NCBI GenBank assembly: GCA_964202905.1
Contig: CAXNJO010000006.1
Coordinates: 1-64,000, forward strand
DNA: 64,000 bases
From: Polyangiales bacterium
Lineage (GTDB): Bacteria > Myxococcota_A > Polyangia > Polyangiales > JADJQN01
Reading direction: 5' to 3'
Each line of letters opens with the position of its first letter. Position 1 is the first letter of the stretch. Position numbers and translations under genes: made by a program. Below are positions 29,267 through 39,770 of the stretch, piece after piece. Under the pieces are notes generated by a model. That model did no database searches. It was not told the DNA's origin and saw only the letters and a list, made by a program, of their open reading frames with translations.

Positions 29267-30672
29267 GCGACGCGGGCCGCGACGAGGGCCCCGCGCCGCG
29301 CGACGAGAGCCCCGCCCCGCGCCGTCGCCGCGCGAGGGCGACCCGGCGCGCGCGGCGTCTGCGGAGACGCGTTTCTCCGCGGGGAGCCGCCTCGCGCCCC
29401 TCGCCGCGCTCGGGCTCCCGCTCGCGGGCGGAGGCGGCGCGCTCGGGCTCGGCGCCGCGCTCGCGTGGGTCTTCACGCGCGTCGGGGCCGCCGCGCTCGA
29501 AGCCCGCGCCGCCGCCGCGCGCGCCCATCGCGTCGCGTGTGCTCGCCGCGCGGCTCGTCGTCGGCGTGCGCAACCGCGTCCTCGTGCGCCTGCACAATCC
29601 GTCGCCGCGGGCGCTCCGGCTCACCGTGCGCGACGCGCTGCCCGAGGGCTGGGTCGCCGAGCCCGACGAGCACACGCTCGAGCTGCCGCCCTTCGCGCGC
29701 CGCGAGGTCGCCTACGACGTCGTGCCGCCCCGGCGCGGGCGCTTCCGTTTCGGGGACCTGCACCTGCGCCTCGAGGGCGCGGCCCGCCTCGGCGCGGCGC
29801 TCGTGCGGGTGCCCGCAGAAGCCGAGGCGCGCGTCTACCCGAACGTGCTCGGCCCCCGCCGCTACGAGCTCGCGTCGCGGCTCGGCGACCTGCGCTCCCT
29901 CGGCTTCCGCAGCGTGCGGCGCGCGGGGCAGGGCGGGGAGTTCGAGCAGCTCCGCGAGTACGTCGCGGGCGACGCGTACCGCGAGCTCGACTGGAAGAGC
30001 ACCGCGAAGCGGCAGCGGCCCGTGACGCGCGTGCACCAGCAGGAGCGCAGCCAGCTCGTCCTGCTCGCGGTCGACGCGGGGCGCATGATGGCGACGCGGC
30101 TCGCGGGCCTCACCAAGCTCGACCACGCCATCCACGCCGCGCTGCTGCTCGCGTGGGTCGCGCTGCGTCACGGCGACCGCGTCGGGCTCGTCGTCTTCGC
30201 CGACTCGGTGCGCGTGTTCGTGCCGCCGGGGCGCGGCCCCGGGCACTACGCGCGGCTGCTCGAGGCGCTCTTCGACGTCGAGCCGCGACCGACGCACGTC
30301 GATTTCCGCCGCCTCGTCGAGCACGTCCGCGCGCGCGTGCCGCGGCGCGCGCTGCTCGTGATGTTCAGCGATCTCCTCGACGAGGCGCAGGCGATGCCCC
30401 TCGCCGAGCACGCGCCCGTGCTGCGGCGCCGTCACCTGCCCGTGTGCGTGACGATGCACGACCCCATCGCGACGCGTCTCGCGGACGCGCCCCCCGACGC
30501 CGCCGAGGACGTCTACCTCCGCGCGGCCGCCGCCGACGTGCTCGCCGATCGCGAGCGCGTGAAGGCGCACCTCGCGAAGGCGGGCGTCGGGCTCGTCGAG
30601 GCGCCGCCCGGTGAGCTCGCGGTCGCGACCGTGAACCGCTACCTCGCGCTGAAGGCCCGGCGCGCGCTCTAG
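29263..30672 (+). CDS. DUF58 (vWA-like) MoxR partner protein
   Basis: EFEQLREYVAGDAYRELDWKSTAKR, VDAGRMM, GDRVGL; a hydrophobic N-terminal segment reads in another frame, suggesting compensating indels. Confidence 0.88.
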   Translation: MSDAGRDEGPAPRDESPAPRRRRARATRRARRLRRRVSPRGAASRPSPRSGSRSRAEAARSGSAPRSRGSSRASGPPRSKPAPPPRAPIASRVLAARLVVGVRNRVLVRLHNPSPRALRLTVRDALPEGWVAEPDEHTLELPPFARREVAYDVVPPRRGRFRFGDLHLRLEGAARLGAALVRVPAEAEARVYPNVLGPRRYELASRLGDLRSLGFRSVRRAGQGGEFEQLREYVAGDAYRELDWKSTAKRQRPVTRVHQQERSQLVLLAVDAGRMMATRLAGLTKLDHAIHAALLLAWVALRHGDRVGLVVFADSVRVFVPPGRGPGHYARLLEALFDVEPRPTHVDFRRLVEHVRARVPRRALLVMFSDLLDEAQAMPLAEHAPVLRRRHLPVCVTMHDPIATRLADAPPDAAEDVYLRAAAADVLADRERVKAHLAKAGVGLVEAPPGELAVATVNRYLALKARRAL

Positions 30673-30714
30673 CCGCCCGCGGGAGGTCGCACGCCCCGCG
30701 CGCGACCGGCGACG

Positions 30715-31212
30715 TCAGCGCTGCGGCGTGTCCGCGAAGCGGCGGCCGAGGTCGGCGCAGAGCGCCTCGAGCCGCGCGGCGTCGAGGGACGTGAAGGCGT
30801 CGGGCGTGTCGCTGTCGACGTCGAGGACGGCGAGCAGGCGACCGTCCGGCGTGAGCACGGGCACCACGATCTCGCTGCGCGTCGTGCCCGAGCAGGCGAT
30901 GTGGCCCGGGAAGGCGTCGACGTCGGGCACGAGCTGCGTGGTGCGCGTCCGCGCCGCCGCGCCGCAGACGCCGCGCGCGAAGTCGATGCGCAGGCAGCCG
31001 TGTCTGCCCTGGTACGGGCCGACGACGAGCAGCGTGTCGCTCACGGCGCGGTAGAAACCCGTCCAGTCGTGGTGCGCGAAGGTGTGGTGCACCTCGCACG
31101 AGACGGTCGCCATCGCGGCGATCCAGTCGGCCTCGCCGTCGAGGAGCGCGGCGAGCCGCGCCGCGAGTTCGTCGTAGCGCGCGGCCCGCGCGCGGAGGGT
31201 GGCGTCGTCCAT
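30715..31212 (-). CDS. msrC: GAF-domain protein, free methionine-R-sulfoxide reductase-like
   Basis: WTGFY...VGPYQGRHGCLRIDFARGVCG...FPGHIACSGTTRSEIVVP...VLDVDS. Confidence 0.85.
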   Translation of the reverse strand: MDDATLRARAARYDELAARLAALLDGEADWIAAMATVSCEVHHTFAHHDWTGFYRAVSDTLLVVGPYQGRHGCLRIDFARGVCGAAARTRTTQLVPDVDAFPGHIACSGTTRSEIVVPVLTPDGRLLAVLDVDSDTPDAFTSLDAARLEALCADLGRRFADTPQR

Positions 31213-31322
31213 AGGTGCGCGATTCTACTTCGCTTCCCGGCGATGCGGGCGCGACATGTCGCTTGACTCCGCACGCACGTCGCCGTCATCTTGTCGGGGC
31301 GCCGTCGGGCGCGCCCCACGCC

Positions 31323-33806
31323 ATGGACCCAGCCCCCTTCGAGCCGGTCGGCGCGCCTCAGAGCGCCGACGCGGGCGCCATGTCCGGCAGCGCCGTCACG
31401 GTCACCGTCACCGCGACATCGCCCGTCACCGTGACATCGCCCGTCACCGCGACATCGCCCGTCACCGCGACATCGCCCGTCACTGCGACATCCCTCGCCA
31501 CCGCGACCTCCGCCGTCAGCGTCACGTCCCCCGAGCCGCAGCGCGAACCGGCGCCGCCCGTGCTCGTCCCCGGCCCGGCCCTCTTCGTGAACCGCGAGCT
31601 CTCGTGGCTCGAGTTCAACGAGCGCGTGCTCGCCGAGGCGCGGAACCCGGATGTGCCGCTCCTCGAGCGCCTCAAGTTCCTCACGATCGTCGCGGCGAAC
31701 CTCGATGAGTTCTTCATGGTCCGCGTCGCGGGCCTGATGGGGCAGCGCCTCGCCGAGGTCCCCGATCAGCCCGCCGACGGCATGACCGCGGCCGCGCAGC
31801 TCGAGGCGGTCTCGCGCCGCGCGCGGCGCATGTTCGACGACATGTCCGTCGCCCTCCGCGAGGAGCTCCTCCCCGAGCTCGCCTCGCACGGCGTCCGCAT
31901 CATCACGATGCGCGAGCTCGACGCGGCCTCGCGCGAGCACGTGCGGCAGCACTTCCGCGCGCAGGTGCTGCCGGTGCTCACGCCGCTCGCGATCGACCCG
32001 GGGCACCCGTTCCCGCATCTGCGGAACAAGAGCCTGAACCTCATCGCGATGCTCGCGGGCAACCGCCAGAAGGACACCACGCCCGCGTTCGCGGTGGTGC
32101 AGGTGCCGGGCGTCCTGAAGCGCCTCGTGCAGGTGCCCGGCGTCGAGGGGCGCGCGGCCTTCGTGCTGCTCGACGACATCATCGCGGCGAACATCGGCGA
32201 GCTCTTCCCGGGCTTCCGCTGCCTCGGCGCGTGGCCGTTCCGGCTCGTGCGGAACTTCGACCTCTCGATCGACGACGAGGAGGCCGAGGACCTCCTCGAG
32301 AGCGTGCAGCAGGAGGTCCGGCGCCGCGATCGCGGGGCCGCGGTGCGGCTGACGATCGACGCGAGCGCCTCGCCCGAGGCCATCGAGATGCTCCGCGAGT
32401 CGCTGCACCTCTCGCAGGAGTTCGTCTACCCGTTCGACGGCCCGCTCAACCTCGTCGACCTCATCGCGCTCGCGCAGCCCCTCGACAAGGAGCCGGGCAT
32501 GCGTGACGAGCTCTTCCGGCCGCAGACGCTCCCGCCCTTCCGCGACGAGGACAACCCGTTCGAGCTGATCGCGCGCGGCGACGTGCTGCTGCACCACCCG
32601 TACGAGTCCTTCGATCCGGTCGTGCAGTTCATCGAGCACGCGGCGCACGACCCGCAGGTGCTCGCGATCAAGCAGACGCTCTACCGCACGAGCGGCGACA
32701 GCCCGATCGTGAAATCGCTCGTGCGCGCCGCCGAGAACGGCAAGCAGGTCACGGCGCTCGTCGAGATCAAGGCCCGCTTCGACGAGGAGAACAACATCGT
32801 CTGGGCGCGCAAGCTCGAGGAGTCCGGCGTGCACGTGGTGTACGGGCTCGTCGGCCTGAAGACCCACGCGAAGGCCGCGCTCGTCGTGCGGCGCGAGGGC
32901 GAGCAGCTGCGGCGCTACGTGCACCTCGGCACGGGCAACTACAACCCCGCGACGGCGCGCCTCTACACCGACGTCTCGCTCTTCACGGCGCGGCCCGAGT
33001 TCGGCGAGGACGCGACCTCGCTCTTCAACCTGCTCACCTCGTGCACCGCGCCGCCGACCTGGCGGAAGCTCACGGTCGCGCCGCTCGGGCTGCACGAGCG
33101 CATCCTCGGTCTCGTCGAGCGCGAGGCGGCGAACGCGCGCGCCGGTCGCCCGGCGCGGATCATCGCGAAGATGAACTCGCTCGTCGATCCGGACGTCATC
33201 CTCGCGCTCTACCGCGCGTCGATCGCGGGCGTGGAGATCGACCTGATCGTGCGCGGGATCTGCTGCCTCCGGCCGGGGCTGCCCGGCATCAGCGAGCGCA
33301 TCCGCGTGACGAGCATCATCGACCGCTTCCTCGAGCACGCGCGCGTCTTCCTCTTCGAGGCGGGCGGCGCGCGTGAGGTCTACGCGACGAGCGCCGACTG
33401 GATGCCGCGCAACTTCCAGCGCCGCGTCGAGGTGCTCTTCCCCATCGAGGACGAGGCCATCAAGGCGCGGCTCGTGCGCGAGATCCTCGGCACGCAGCTC
33501 CAGGACAACGTCAAGGCGTGGCTCATGCGCGCGGACGGGAGCTACGTGCGCAAGGCCCCCGGCGAGGGCGAGCCGCAGCTCCGCAGCCAGCGGCGCTTCC
33601 TCGCGATCGCGCGGGACCTCGCGGAGAAGGCCGATCAGAAGGCCTTGCGCGACCGCCCGTTCGTCGTGCGCCCGGTGCGCAACCTGCCGACGAAGAGCGC
33701 ACAGGGCGCGCCCGTGCCGCTGGCGGAGATCGAGAAGAAGGACGCCTCGAACCCGGGCGCACTCGTCGCCGCCGCGCGGCCCGTGCCCCCGGTCGAGCGC
33801 GGCTGA
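31323..33806 (+). CDS. ppk1: Polyphosphate kinase 1
   Basis: NRELSWLEFNERVL, HPFP, LLHHPYESF, IKQTLYRTS, KARFDEENN, RFLEHAR, SADWMPRN. Confidence 0.97.
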   Translation: MDPAPFEPVGAPQSADAGAMSGSAVTVTVTATSPVTVTSPVTATSPVTATSPVTATSLATATSAVSVTSPEPQREPAPPVLVPGPALFVNRELSWLEFNERVLAEARNPDVPLLERLKFLTIVAANLDEFFMVRVAGLMGQRLAEVPDQPADGMTAAAQLEAVSRRARRMFDDMSVALREELLPELASHGVRIITMRELDAASREHVRQHFRAQVLPVLTPLAIDPGHPFPHLRNKSLNLIAMLAGNRQKDTTPAFAVVQVPGVLKRLVQVPGVEGRAAFVLLDDIIAANIGELFPGFRCLGAWPFRLVRNFDLSIDDEEAEDLLESVQQEVRRRDRGAAVRLTIDASASPEAIEMLRESLHLSQEFVYPFDGPLNLVDLIALAQPLDKEPGMRDELFRPQTLPPFRDEDNPFELIARGDVLLHHPYESFDPVVQFIEHAAHDPQVLAIKQTLYRTSGDSPIVKSLVRAAENGKQVTALVEIKARFDEENNIVWARKLEESGVHVVYGLVGLKTHAKAALVVRREGEQLRRYVHLGTGNYNPATARLYTDVSLFTARPEFGEDATSLFNLLTSCTAPPTWRKLTVAPLGLHERILGLVEREAANARAGRPARIIAKMNSLVDPDVILALYRASIAGVEIDLIVRGICCLRPGLPGISERIRVTSIIDRFLEHARVFLFEAGGAREVYATSADWMPRNFQRRVEVLFPIEDEAIKARLVREILGTQLQDNVKAWLMRADGSYVRKAPGEGEPQLRSQRRFLAIARDLAEKADQKALRDRPFVVRPVRNLPTKSAQGAPVPLAEIEKKDASNPGALVAAARPVPPVERG
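31405..31512 (+). repeat. 18-bp tandem repeat (about 6 copies) encoding VTATSP in the Ppk1 N-terminus
   Basis: CCGTCACCGCGACATCGC units, degenerating toward the 3' end. Confidence 0.9.
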
Positions 33807-33875
33807 CGGCGCGGTCCGTTCGCGGGCCGGGCGGTCGCGGGGGCGCCGCGCGCCGTCATCCCGTACCTTCGGGCC

Positions 33876-36824
33876 ATGCGAGTCCGCGCGCCTTCGACGG
33901 TGGGTCCGGCCGCGCTGTTCGTCGGCGTGCTCTGCGCGTCGGCGTGCGTGGGCGCGTGTGGCGGGGGAGGCCAAGGCGGGACGCGCGCGCCGGGGAGCGC
34001 CGTGTCGCGGCCGCGCGCGGCGGTGCCGATCGCTGATGCGACGCGCGTGCCTGCGCCCGGCCCGGAGACGACCGCGCCGCCGGAGCCCGTGCCCACGGAT
34101 CTCGCGGGCGCGGACGCGGCGCTCGCGCGGGGCGCGTACACCGCGGCGCAGCAGGCGTACGAGGCGCTCGAGGCGCGGCTCGAAGGCGCGGAGCGGGCGC
34201 GTTCGGTGCTGGGTCTCGCGCGCGTGCGCTTCGAGACGGGCGCGCTCGCGGAGGCGTGCGACGCCGCCGGGCGCGCGGCGCGCGAGCCCGCGCTGCGCGT
34301 CGCGGCGACCACGCTGCTCGGCGAGCTGCTCGATGCGCGCGGCAAGCTCGACGACGCGGAAGCGCAGCTCGCGCGCGTCGCCGCGGAGCCGGAGGCGCAT
34401 CGCGCGCGGTTCGTGCTCGGGTCGCTGCTGCGCGAGCGCGGGCGGCACGAAGAGGCCGAGCCGCACCTGATGGCGCTCGTCGAGGCCTTCAACGACGGGC
34501 GCATCGGCGACGCGGACGCCGAGGGGCTCACGCTCGTCGCGCAGGCGGCGCAGGCGCTCGGCAGCTTCCAGGACGCGAACGACGCTTACCGCAGCGCCGT
34601 CGCCGCCGATGCGCGGCGCGTCGAGACGCAGCTCGCGTGGGCCGAGCTCTTCCTCGAGAAGAACGACGCGGGGCACGCGGAGGAGTGCGTGCGCGACGCG
34701 CTCGCCGTGAACCCGAAGTCGCCGCGCGCGCATGCGCTGCGGGCGCGCATCGCGCTCGCGCAGGGCTTCGACTTCGACGCGGCGCGCCGGCACTGCGACC
34801 TCGCGCACGCCGTGAATCCCGGGCTCGTCGCCTGCCACGTGCTGCGCGCGGGCATGGCCCTCCGCGACATGGATCTCGCGGGCGCCGACGCACACCTGCG
34901 CCGCGCGCTCGCGGTCGACGCGCAGGATCTCGAGGCGCTCTCCGTCGTCGCGGCGGTGCGCTTCCTCGCCGACGACGCGGCGGGCTTCACGCGCGCGCAG
35001 GCCGAGGTGCTGCGCCGCAACCGCCGCTTCTCGCGCTTCTACAGCGTCGTGGGCGAGTACGCGGAGTGGGAGCACCGCTACCCGGAGATCGTGCGCATGG
35101 CGCGCGAGGCGCTCGTGCTCGACCCGGAGGACGCGCGCGCGCACGCGACGCTCGGGATGAACCTGCTGCGCATGGGCGACGAGCCGGCGGGGCTCGCGGC
35201 GCTGCGCGAGGCGTGGCGTCGCGACCGCTACGACGTGCACGTCTACAACACGCTGAACCTCTACGACGACGTGATCGGCCGGCAGTACGAGGAGGTCGCC
35301 GCGGCGCCCTTCGTGTTCCGCTTCCACCGCGAGGAGCGCGCGTCGCTCGAGCCGTACGTCGTGCCGGTGCTGCGCGGCGCGCACGCGGACATGGTGCGCC
35401 GCTACCGCTTCACGCCCGAGGGCCCGCTGCGCCTCGAGTTCTACGCGGACCCGCGCGACTTCAGCGTGCGCACGACGGGGCTGCCGAACGTCGGCGTGCA
35501 GGGCGTGTGCTTCGGCAAGGTGGTGACGGCGATCTCGCCGCGCGGCGGGCCGTTCAACTGGGGCAACATCACCTGGCACGAGCTCGCGCACGTCTTCCAC
35601 ATCCAGCTCTCGCGCAACCACGTGCCGCGCTGGTTCACCGAGGGGCTCGCCGAGTACGAGACGATCGTCGCGCGCCCCGAGTGGAAGCGCGAGGACGACA
35701 TGGCGCTGTGGCAGGCGCTCGACGCGGGGCGGCTGCCGGCGATCCGCGACCTCAACGGCGCCTTCACGCACGCCGAGCGCCCGCAGGATGTGCTCACGGC
35801 GTACTACGCGTCGTCGAGGGTCGTCGTGTACCTCGTCGAGCGCTTCGGCTTCGACAAGGTGCCGCTGCTGCTGCGCGCGTGGGGCGAGGGGAAGCCGACG
35901 CCCGCGGTGTTCGAGAGCGTGCTCGGCGTCGACCTCGACGCGCTCGACCGTGACTTCCGCGCGCACACGCGGACGCGGCTCGCGGCGCGGGCGCGCGAAT
36001 TCGCCGTGGATCCGGGGCGTTACCGCGATCTCGACGCGCTCCGGCGTGCAGCGGCGCAGGCGCCCGGTGACGCTGCGGCGCGTGGCGCGCTCGCGGCGGG
36101 GCACCTCGTCCGAGGCGCGGGCGACGACGCGAAGCGTGAGGCGGAGGCGGCGCTCGCGATGGATGCGCACGCGCCCGTCGCGCGCTTCGTGCTCGCGGAG
36201 GTGGCGCTCGCGCAGCGCGACGCCGCAGGCGCCGACGCGCACCTCGCGGACCTGCTCGCGCGCGGGCACGAGGGCTACGAGGTGCGCCTGCTCGCGGCGC
36301 GCGCGGCGCTGGCCCGGCAGGACCGCGCGGCCGCGCGCACGCATCTGGAAGCCGCGACGCGCGTCGACGCCGAGCGCCCGGAGGCGTGGCAGGGATTGCG
36401 CGATCTCGCGCGCGAGCGGCGCGACGCGGTGGGCCTCGTCGCCGCGCTCGAGCGGCTCGCGGCGATCGACCAGCACGACCGCGCGGGCACGGCGGAGCTG
36501 TTGACGGCGCTCGCGGCGGCGAACCGCTGGTCGGATCTCGTGCCCGCCGGAGAGCGCGCGCTCTTCGTCGAGCCGGGCCGCGCGGAGACGCACCGCCTCC
36601 TCGGCGAGGCGTACGTGCGCACGGGCAAGCCGCGCGAGGGGCTCGTCGAGCTCGATCAGGCGCTGCGCCTCGCGCCCGAGCAGCCGGGGCCCATTCACCT
36701 CGCGCGCGCCCGCGCCCTCGTCGCGCTGCGTCGCCCCGCCGATGCGCGCGCGGCAGCGGATGCCGCCGTGCGCGCCGATGCGGCGCTCGCGGCCGAAGCG
36801 CAGGGGATCGTCGGCGGGCGCTGA
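33876..36824 (+). CDS. TPR-repeat lipoprotein with central zincin (peptidase MA-like) domain
   Basis: VGAC lipobox, Ala/Leu-rich TPR helices, WHELAHVF...PRWFTEGLAEY. Confidence 0.85.
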   Translation: MRVRAPSTVGPAALFVGVLCASACVGACGGGGQGGTRAPGSAVSRPRAAVPIADATRVPAPGPETTAPPEPVPTDLAGADAALARGAYTAAQQAYEALEARLEGAERARSVLGLARVRFETGALAEACDAAGRAAREPALRVAATTLLGELLDARGKLDDAEAQLARVAAEPEAHRARFVLGSLLRERGRHEEAEPHLMALVEAFNDGRIGDADAEGLTLVAQAAQALGSFQDANDAYRSAVAADARRVETQLAWAELFLEKNDAGHAEECVRDALAVNPKSPRAHALRARIALAQGFDFDAARRHCDLAHAVNPGLVACHVLRAGMALRDMDLAGADAHLRRALAVDAQDLEALSVVAAVRFLADDAAGFTRAQAEVLRRNRRFSRFYSVVGEYAEWEHRYPEIVRMAREALVLDPEDARAHATLGMNLLRMGDEPAGLAALREAWRRDRYDVHVYNTLNLYDDVIGRQYEEVAAAPFVFRFHREERASLEPYVVPVLRGAHADMVRRYRFTPEGPLRLEFYADPRDFSVRTTGLPNVGVQGVCFGKVVTAISPRGGPFNWGNITWHELAHVFHIQLSRNHVPRWFTEGLAEYETIVARPEWKREDDMALWQALDAGRLPAIRDLNGAFTHAERPQDVLTAYYASSRVVVYLVERFGFDKVPLLLRAWGEGKPTPAVFESVLGVDLDALDRDFRAHTRTRLAARAREFAVDPGRYRDLDALRRAAAQAPGDAAARGALAAGHLVRGAGDDAKREAEAALAMDAHAPVARFVLAEVALAQRDAAGADAHLADLLARGHEGYEVRLLAARAALARQDRAAARTHLEAATRVDAERPEAWQGLRDLARERRDAVGLVAALERLAAIDQHDRAGTAELLTALAAANRWSDLVPAGERALFVEPGRAETHRLLGEAYVRTGKPREGLVELDQALRLAPEQPGPIHLARARALVALRRPADARAAADAAVRADAALAAEAQGIVGGR

Positions 36825-36858
36825 GTCACGGCGTGACGGCTCGATCGCGCGCACCGTG

Positions 36859-36886
36859 CCGTGCGCCGTGCGCCGTGCGCCGTGCG
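36859..36886 (+). repeat. 7-bp tandem repeat (CCGTGCG)4, intergenic
   Basis: Read directly upstream of the histidine kinase gene. Confidence 0.85.
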
Positions 36887-36963
36887 CCGGGCGCGTCTGC
36901 GTGCGCAGTGGCCCGCTCCGGTCCGCGCGCGTGACGCAGGCGCGGTAGGCTCACGCCTCCCTG

Positions 36964-39009
36964 ATGGCGTCTCGTCTCCGCGTCTCGATCCCTTCGCGCA
37001 CGTTCGTCGGCTTCGCGCTGGTGATCGCGGCGTTCGGGGCCGTCGTCGCGGCGTCGATCGCGCAGCACCAGGAGACGGCGCGCACGCTCGGCCTGCTGCC
37101 CGAGGGCTTTCTGCCGCTCGCGCTCGACGTCGCGGAGCTGCGCGCGAACCACGGCGTCTTCCTCACGCGCATGGACGGCGTGCTCGAGGAGCAGGACACG
37201 ACACCGACGCTCGCGTACCTGCGCTCGGCGCGTGTGCTGCGGCAGTCGCTCCTCGCGCGCGCGCTCGCCGGGGTCACGCGCGCATCGGCGCTCGGCGCGC
37301 CCGACGACGCCGCCGCCGTGCTCGCCGCGGTGCGCTCCGAGCTCGCGCGGGTGCGCGCCGTCTACGCCGCCGACGAGCGGCGCTTCGACGACCTCGGACG
37401 CGCCGTCGTCGCGCGCGATCGGCCGCGCGCCGAGGCCGCGCTCGCGGAGCTGCGCACGAAGGAGCGCGCCGTCGAGCGACACCTGCGCCGCGCGTCGGAC
37501 GCGATGCAGGCCGGCATCGCCGCGATGAGCGCGGACGCCGAGCGCGAAGAGCGGCGCTCGGTGCAGCTGCTCGCGCTGCTCGCGCTCGCGGCGCTGCTCG
37601 TCGGGCTGCTCGTCACCGTCTACACGCAGCGCACGCTCGCGCCGTTGCCGCGCTTGCAGGAGCGCGTCGCGGCCGTCGCGCGGGGCGAGCTCGACGCGGC
37701 GCGGATCACCGCCGCGGGGGACGACGAGATCGGCCGACTCGCGGCGGAGTTCGAGCGCATGGTCGACGCGCTCGCGGCCCGCGACGCGCGCTTGCACGAG
37801 GCGGCCGATCGGCTGCGCGCGCTGCAGCGCATGCAGGCGCAGATCGTCGAGGGCCTGCGCGCCGCGGTCGTGCTCGTCGACGAGGCGGGCGTGGTGCGCT
37901 CGGTGAATCCCTCGGCCGCCGCGCTCTTCGGCGTCGCGCCCGACGAGGTCGGGCGTGCGCTCCACACGCTGCCGCTGTGCGCGCGCCTGCCCGCGCTCGA
38001 GGCGGCCATCGCGGACGTGCGCGCGGGCAGCGAGCGCGCCGTGCTCACCGCGACGCCGCTCGCGCCGCCGGAGCCGACGCCGACCGAGGCCGCGGAGGGC
38101 GCGGCGGGGACGGACGCGGCGCGCCTCCTCGACGTGCTCGTGACGCCGTTCGGCGAGGCGCCCTTGGGGGGCGCTGCGCGGTCGGTGCTCGTCGTCGCCG
38201 AGGACGTGACCGACGAGCTGCGCACCAAGGCGCGGCTCATCCACAGCGAGCGGCTCGCGGCCATCGGGCGCATGGCGGCGCACGTCACGCACGAGGTGCG
38301 CAACCCGCTCTCGTCGATCGGGCTCAACGTGGAGCTGCTCGAGGAGGAGACGGCCGGCAGCGGCCCCGAGGTGCAGTCGCTGCTGCGCGCGATCCACCGC
38401 GAGGTCGATCGCCTCACGGCCGTCACCGAGGAATATCTGCGGCTCGCGCGGCTGCCCGATCCGCGCCTCGAGCCGGGCGATCTGGGCGAGGCCGCGCGCG
38501 AGGTCGCGCAGTTCATGCGCGCGGAGCTCGCGCAGGCCGGTGTGCGGCTCGAGATCGAGGTCGCGCCGGCGCTGCCCGCGGTGGCCTTCGACGAGGCGCA
38601 GCTGCGGCAGGCGCTGCTCAACCTGCTGCGCAACGCGCGCGAGGCGCTCGCGCAGAAGGGCGGTTGCGTGCGCGTCCAGGTCGTCGCGGAAGAAGGCGCG
38701 GTGCGCCTGCGCGTCACGGACGATGGCCCCGGCATCCCACCCGCGGTGCAGGCGCGCATCTTCGACCCGTTCTTCACGACGAAGGAGCACGGCACGGGGC
38801 TCGGGCTCGCGCTCACGCAGCAGATCGTCGCGGCGCACGGGGGCCGCATCCGTGTGCTCGGCGGGCCGGGGCGCGGCACCTCGTTCGAGCTCGCGTTCCC
38901 GCGGGTGCAGGCGCCGCGCGAGGACGACGCGGGCGACGCGACGGCGCCCGATGCGCTACACGGCGGTCCGGGCGCAGCCGCGCCCTCCGGCGAGGAGAAG
39001 AGCGAGTGA
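36964..39009 (+). CDS. Membrane sensor histidine kinase (HAMP, PAS-like, HisKA, HATPase)
   Basis: Two TMs, [44 protein letters not shown]. Confidence 0.95.
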   Translation: MASRLRVSIPSRTFVGFALVIAAFGAVVAASIAQHQETARTLGLLPEGFLPLALDVAELRANHGVFLTRMDGVLEEQDTTPTLAYLRSARVLRQSLLARALAGVTRASALGAPDDAAAVLAAVRSELARVRAVYAADERRFDDLGRAVVARDRPRAEAALAELRTKERAVERHLRRASDAMQAGIAAMSADAEREERRSVQLLALLALAALLVGLLVTVYTQRTLAPLPRLQERVAAVARGELDAARITAAGDDEIGRLAAEFERMVDALAARDARLHEAADRLRALQRMQAQIVEGLRAAVVLVDEAGVVRSVNPSAAALFGVAPDEVGRALHTLPLCARLPALEAAIADVRAGSERAVLTATPLAPPEPTPTEAAEGAAGTDAARLLDVLVTPFGEAPLGGAARSVLVVAEDVTDELRTKARLIHSERLAAIGRMAAHVTHEVRNPLSSIGLNVELLEEETAGSGPEVQSLLRAIHREVDRLTAVTEEYLRLARLPDPRLEPGDLGEAAREVAQFMRAELAQAGVRLEIEVAPALPAVAFDEAQLRQALLNLLRNAREALAQKGGCVRVQVVAEEGAVRLRVTDDGPGIPPAVQARIFDPFFTTKEHGTGLGLALTQQIVAAHGGRIRVLGGPGRGTSFELAFPRVQAPREDDAGDATAPDALHGGPGAAAPSGEEKSE

Positions 39010-39764
39010 CGACGAGAAGCGATGGACGGGACGCCGCGACGCTGCGCCCGGTGACGATCGAGACGGGCCTGCAGCGCAACCCGGAGGGCTCCGTGCTCTA
39101 CCGGTCCGGCGGCACGCTCGTGCTCGTGAGCGCGTCGGTGGAGGAGGGCGTGCGCGACTTCCTGCGCGGCAGCGGGCGCGGCTGGGTGACGGCCGAGTAT
39201 GCGATGCACCCGCGATGCAGTCCCGGGCGTCAGGCCCGCGACGGGCGGCGTGCGGGCGGCGGCATCGACGGACGTGCGCAGGAGATCCAGCGGCTCGTGG
39301 GCCGCGCGCTGCGTGCGGCCGTCGTCCCCGAGAAGCTGCGCGAGCGGACCATCACCATCGACTGTGATGTGCTCGACGCGGACGGCGGCACGCGCACCGC
39401 GTCGGTGACGGGCGGCTTCGTCGCCCTCGCGATGGCGCTCGACGGGCTGCGTCGGCGCGGGCTCGTCGATCCGGGCGTGCTGCGCGCGCCGGTCGCGGCG
39501 GTGAGCGTCGGGCTCGTCGCGCACGAGGCGCTGCTCGACCTCTGCTACACGGAAGACCGCGACGCGCAGGTCGACCTCAACGTCGTCGGCACCCTGGACG
39601 GCGGCCTCGTCGAGGTGCAGGGCACCGCGGAGGACGCGCCGATGACCCGCGCGGAGCACGACGCGCTCCTCTCGCGCGCGCTCGGTGGGCTGCCCGCGCT
39701 CTTCGCGGCGCAGCGGGCCGCGCTCACGCGCATCGGCGTGGACCTCGACGCGCTCGTCGGGTAG
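39006..39764 (+). CDS. rph: Ribonuclease PH
   Basis: [61 protein letters not shown]. Confidence 0.97.
   Translation: MTTRSDGRDAATLRPVTIETGLQRNPEGSVLYRSGGTLVLVSASVEEGVRDFLRGSGRGWVTAEYAMHPRCSPGRQARDGRRAGGGIDGRAQEIQRLVGRALRAAVVPEKLRERTITIDCDVLDADGGTRTASVTGGFVALAMALDGLRRRGLVDPGVLRAPVAAVSVGLVAHEALLDLCYTEDRDAQVDLNVVGTLDGGLVEVQGTAEDAPMTRAEHDALLSRALGGLPALFAAQRAALTRIGVDLDALVG
39737..39764 (+). repeat. Left copy of direct repeat (rph 3' end)
   Basis: CGTGGACCTCGACGCGCTCGTCGGGTAG, 26/28 identical to 49492-49519. Confidence 0.85.
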
Positions 39765-39770
39765 CGCCCG

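Noticed and set aside
31405..31512. CRISPR array (also considered 36859-36886 and 52553-52730)
   Set aside because: Repeats are contiguous or coding with no unique spacers, and no cas genes are present
31041..36854. 1937-aa minus-strand ORF, and similar long ORFs at 7236-10619, 12080-17092, 21164-24571 and 44205-48935
   Set aside because: Arg/Ala-rich antisense shadows of real genes, caused by stop-codon scarcity at high GC
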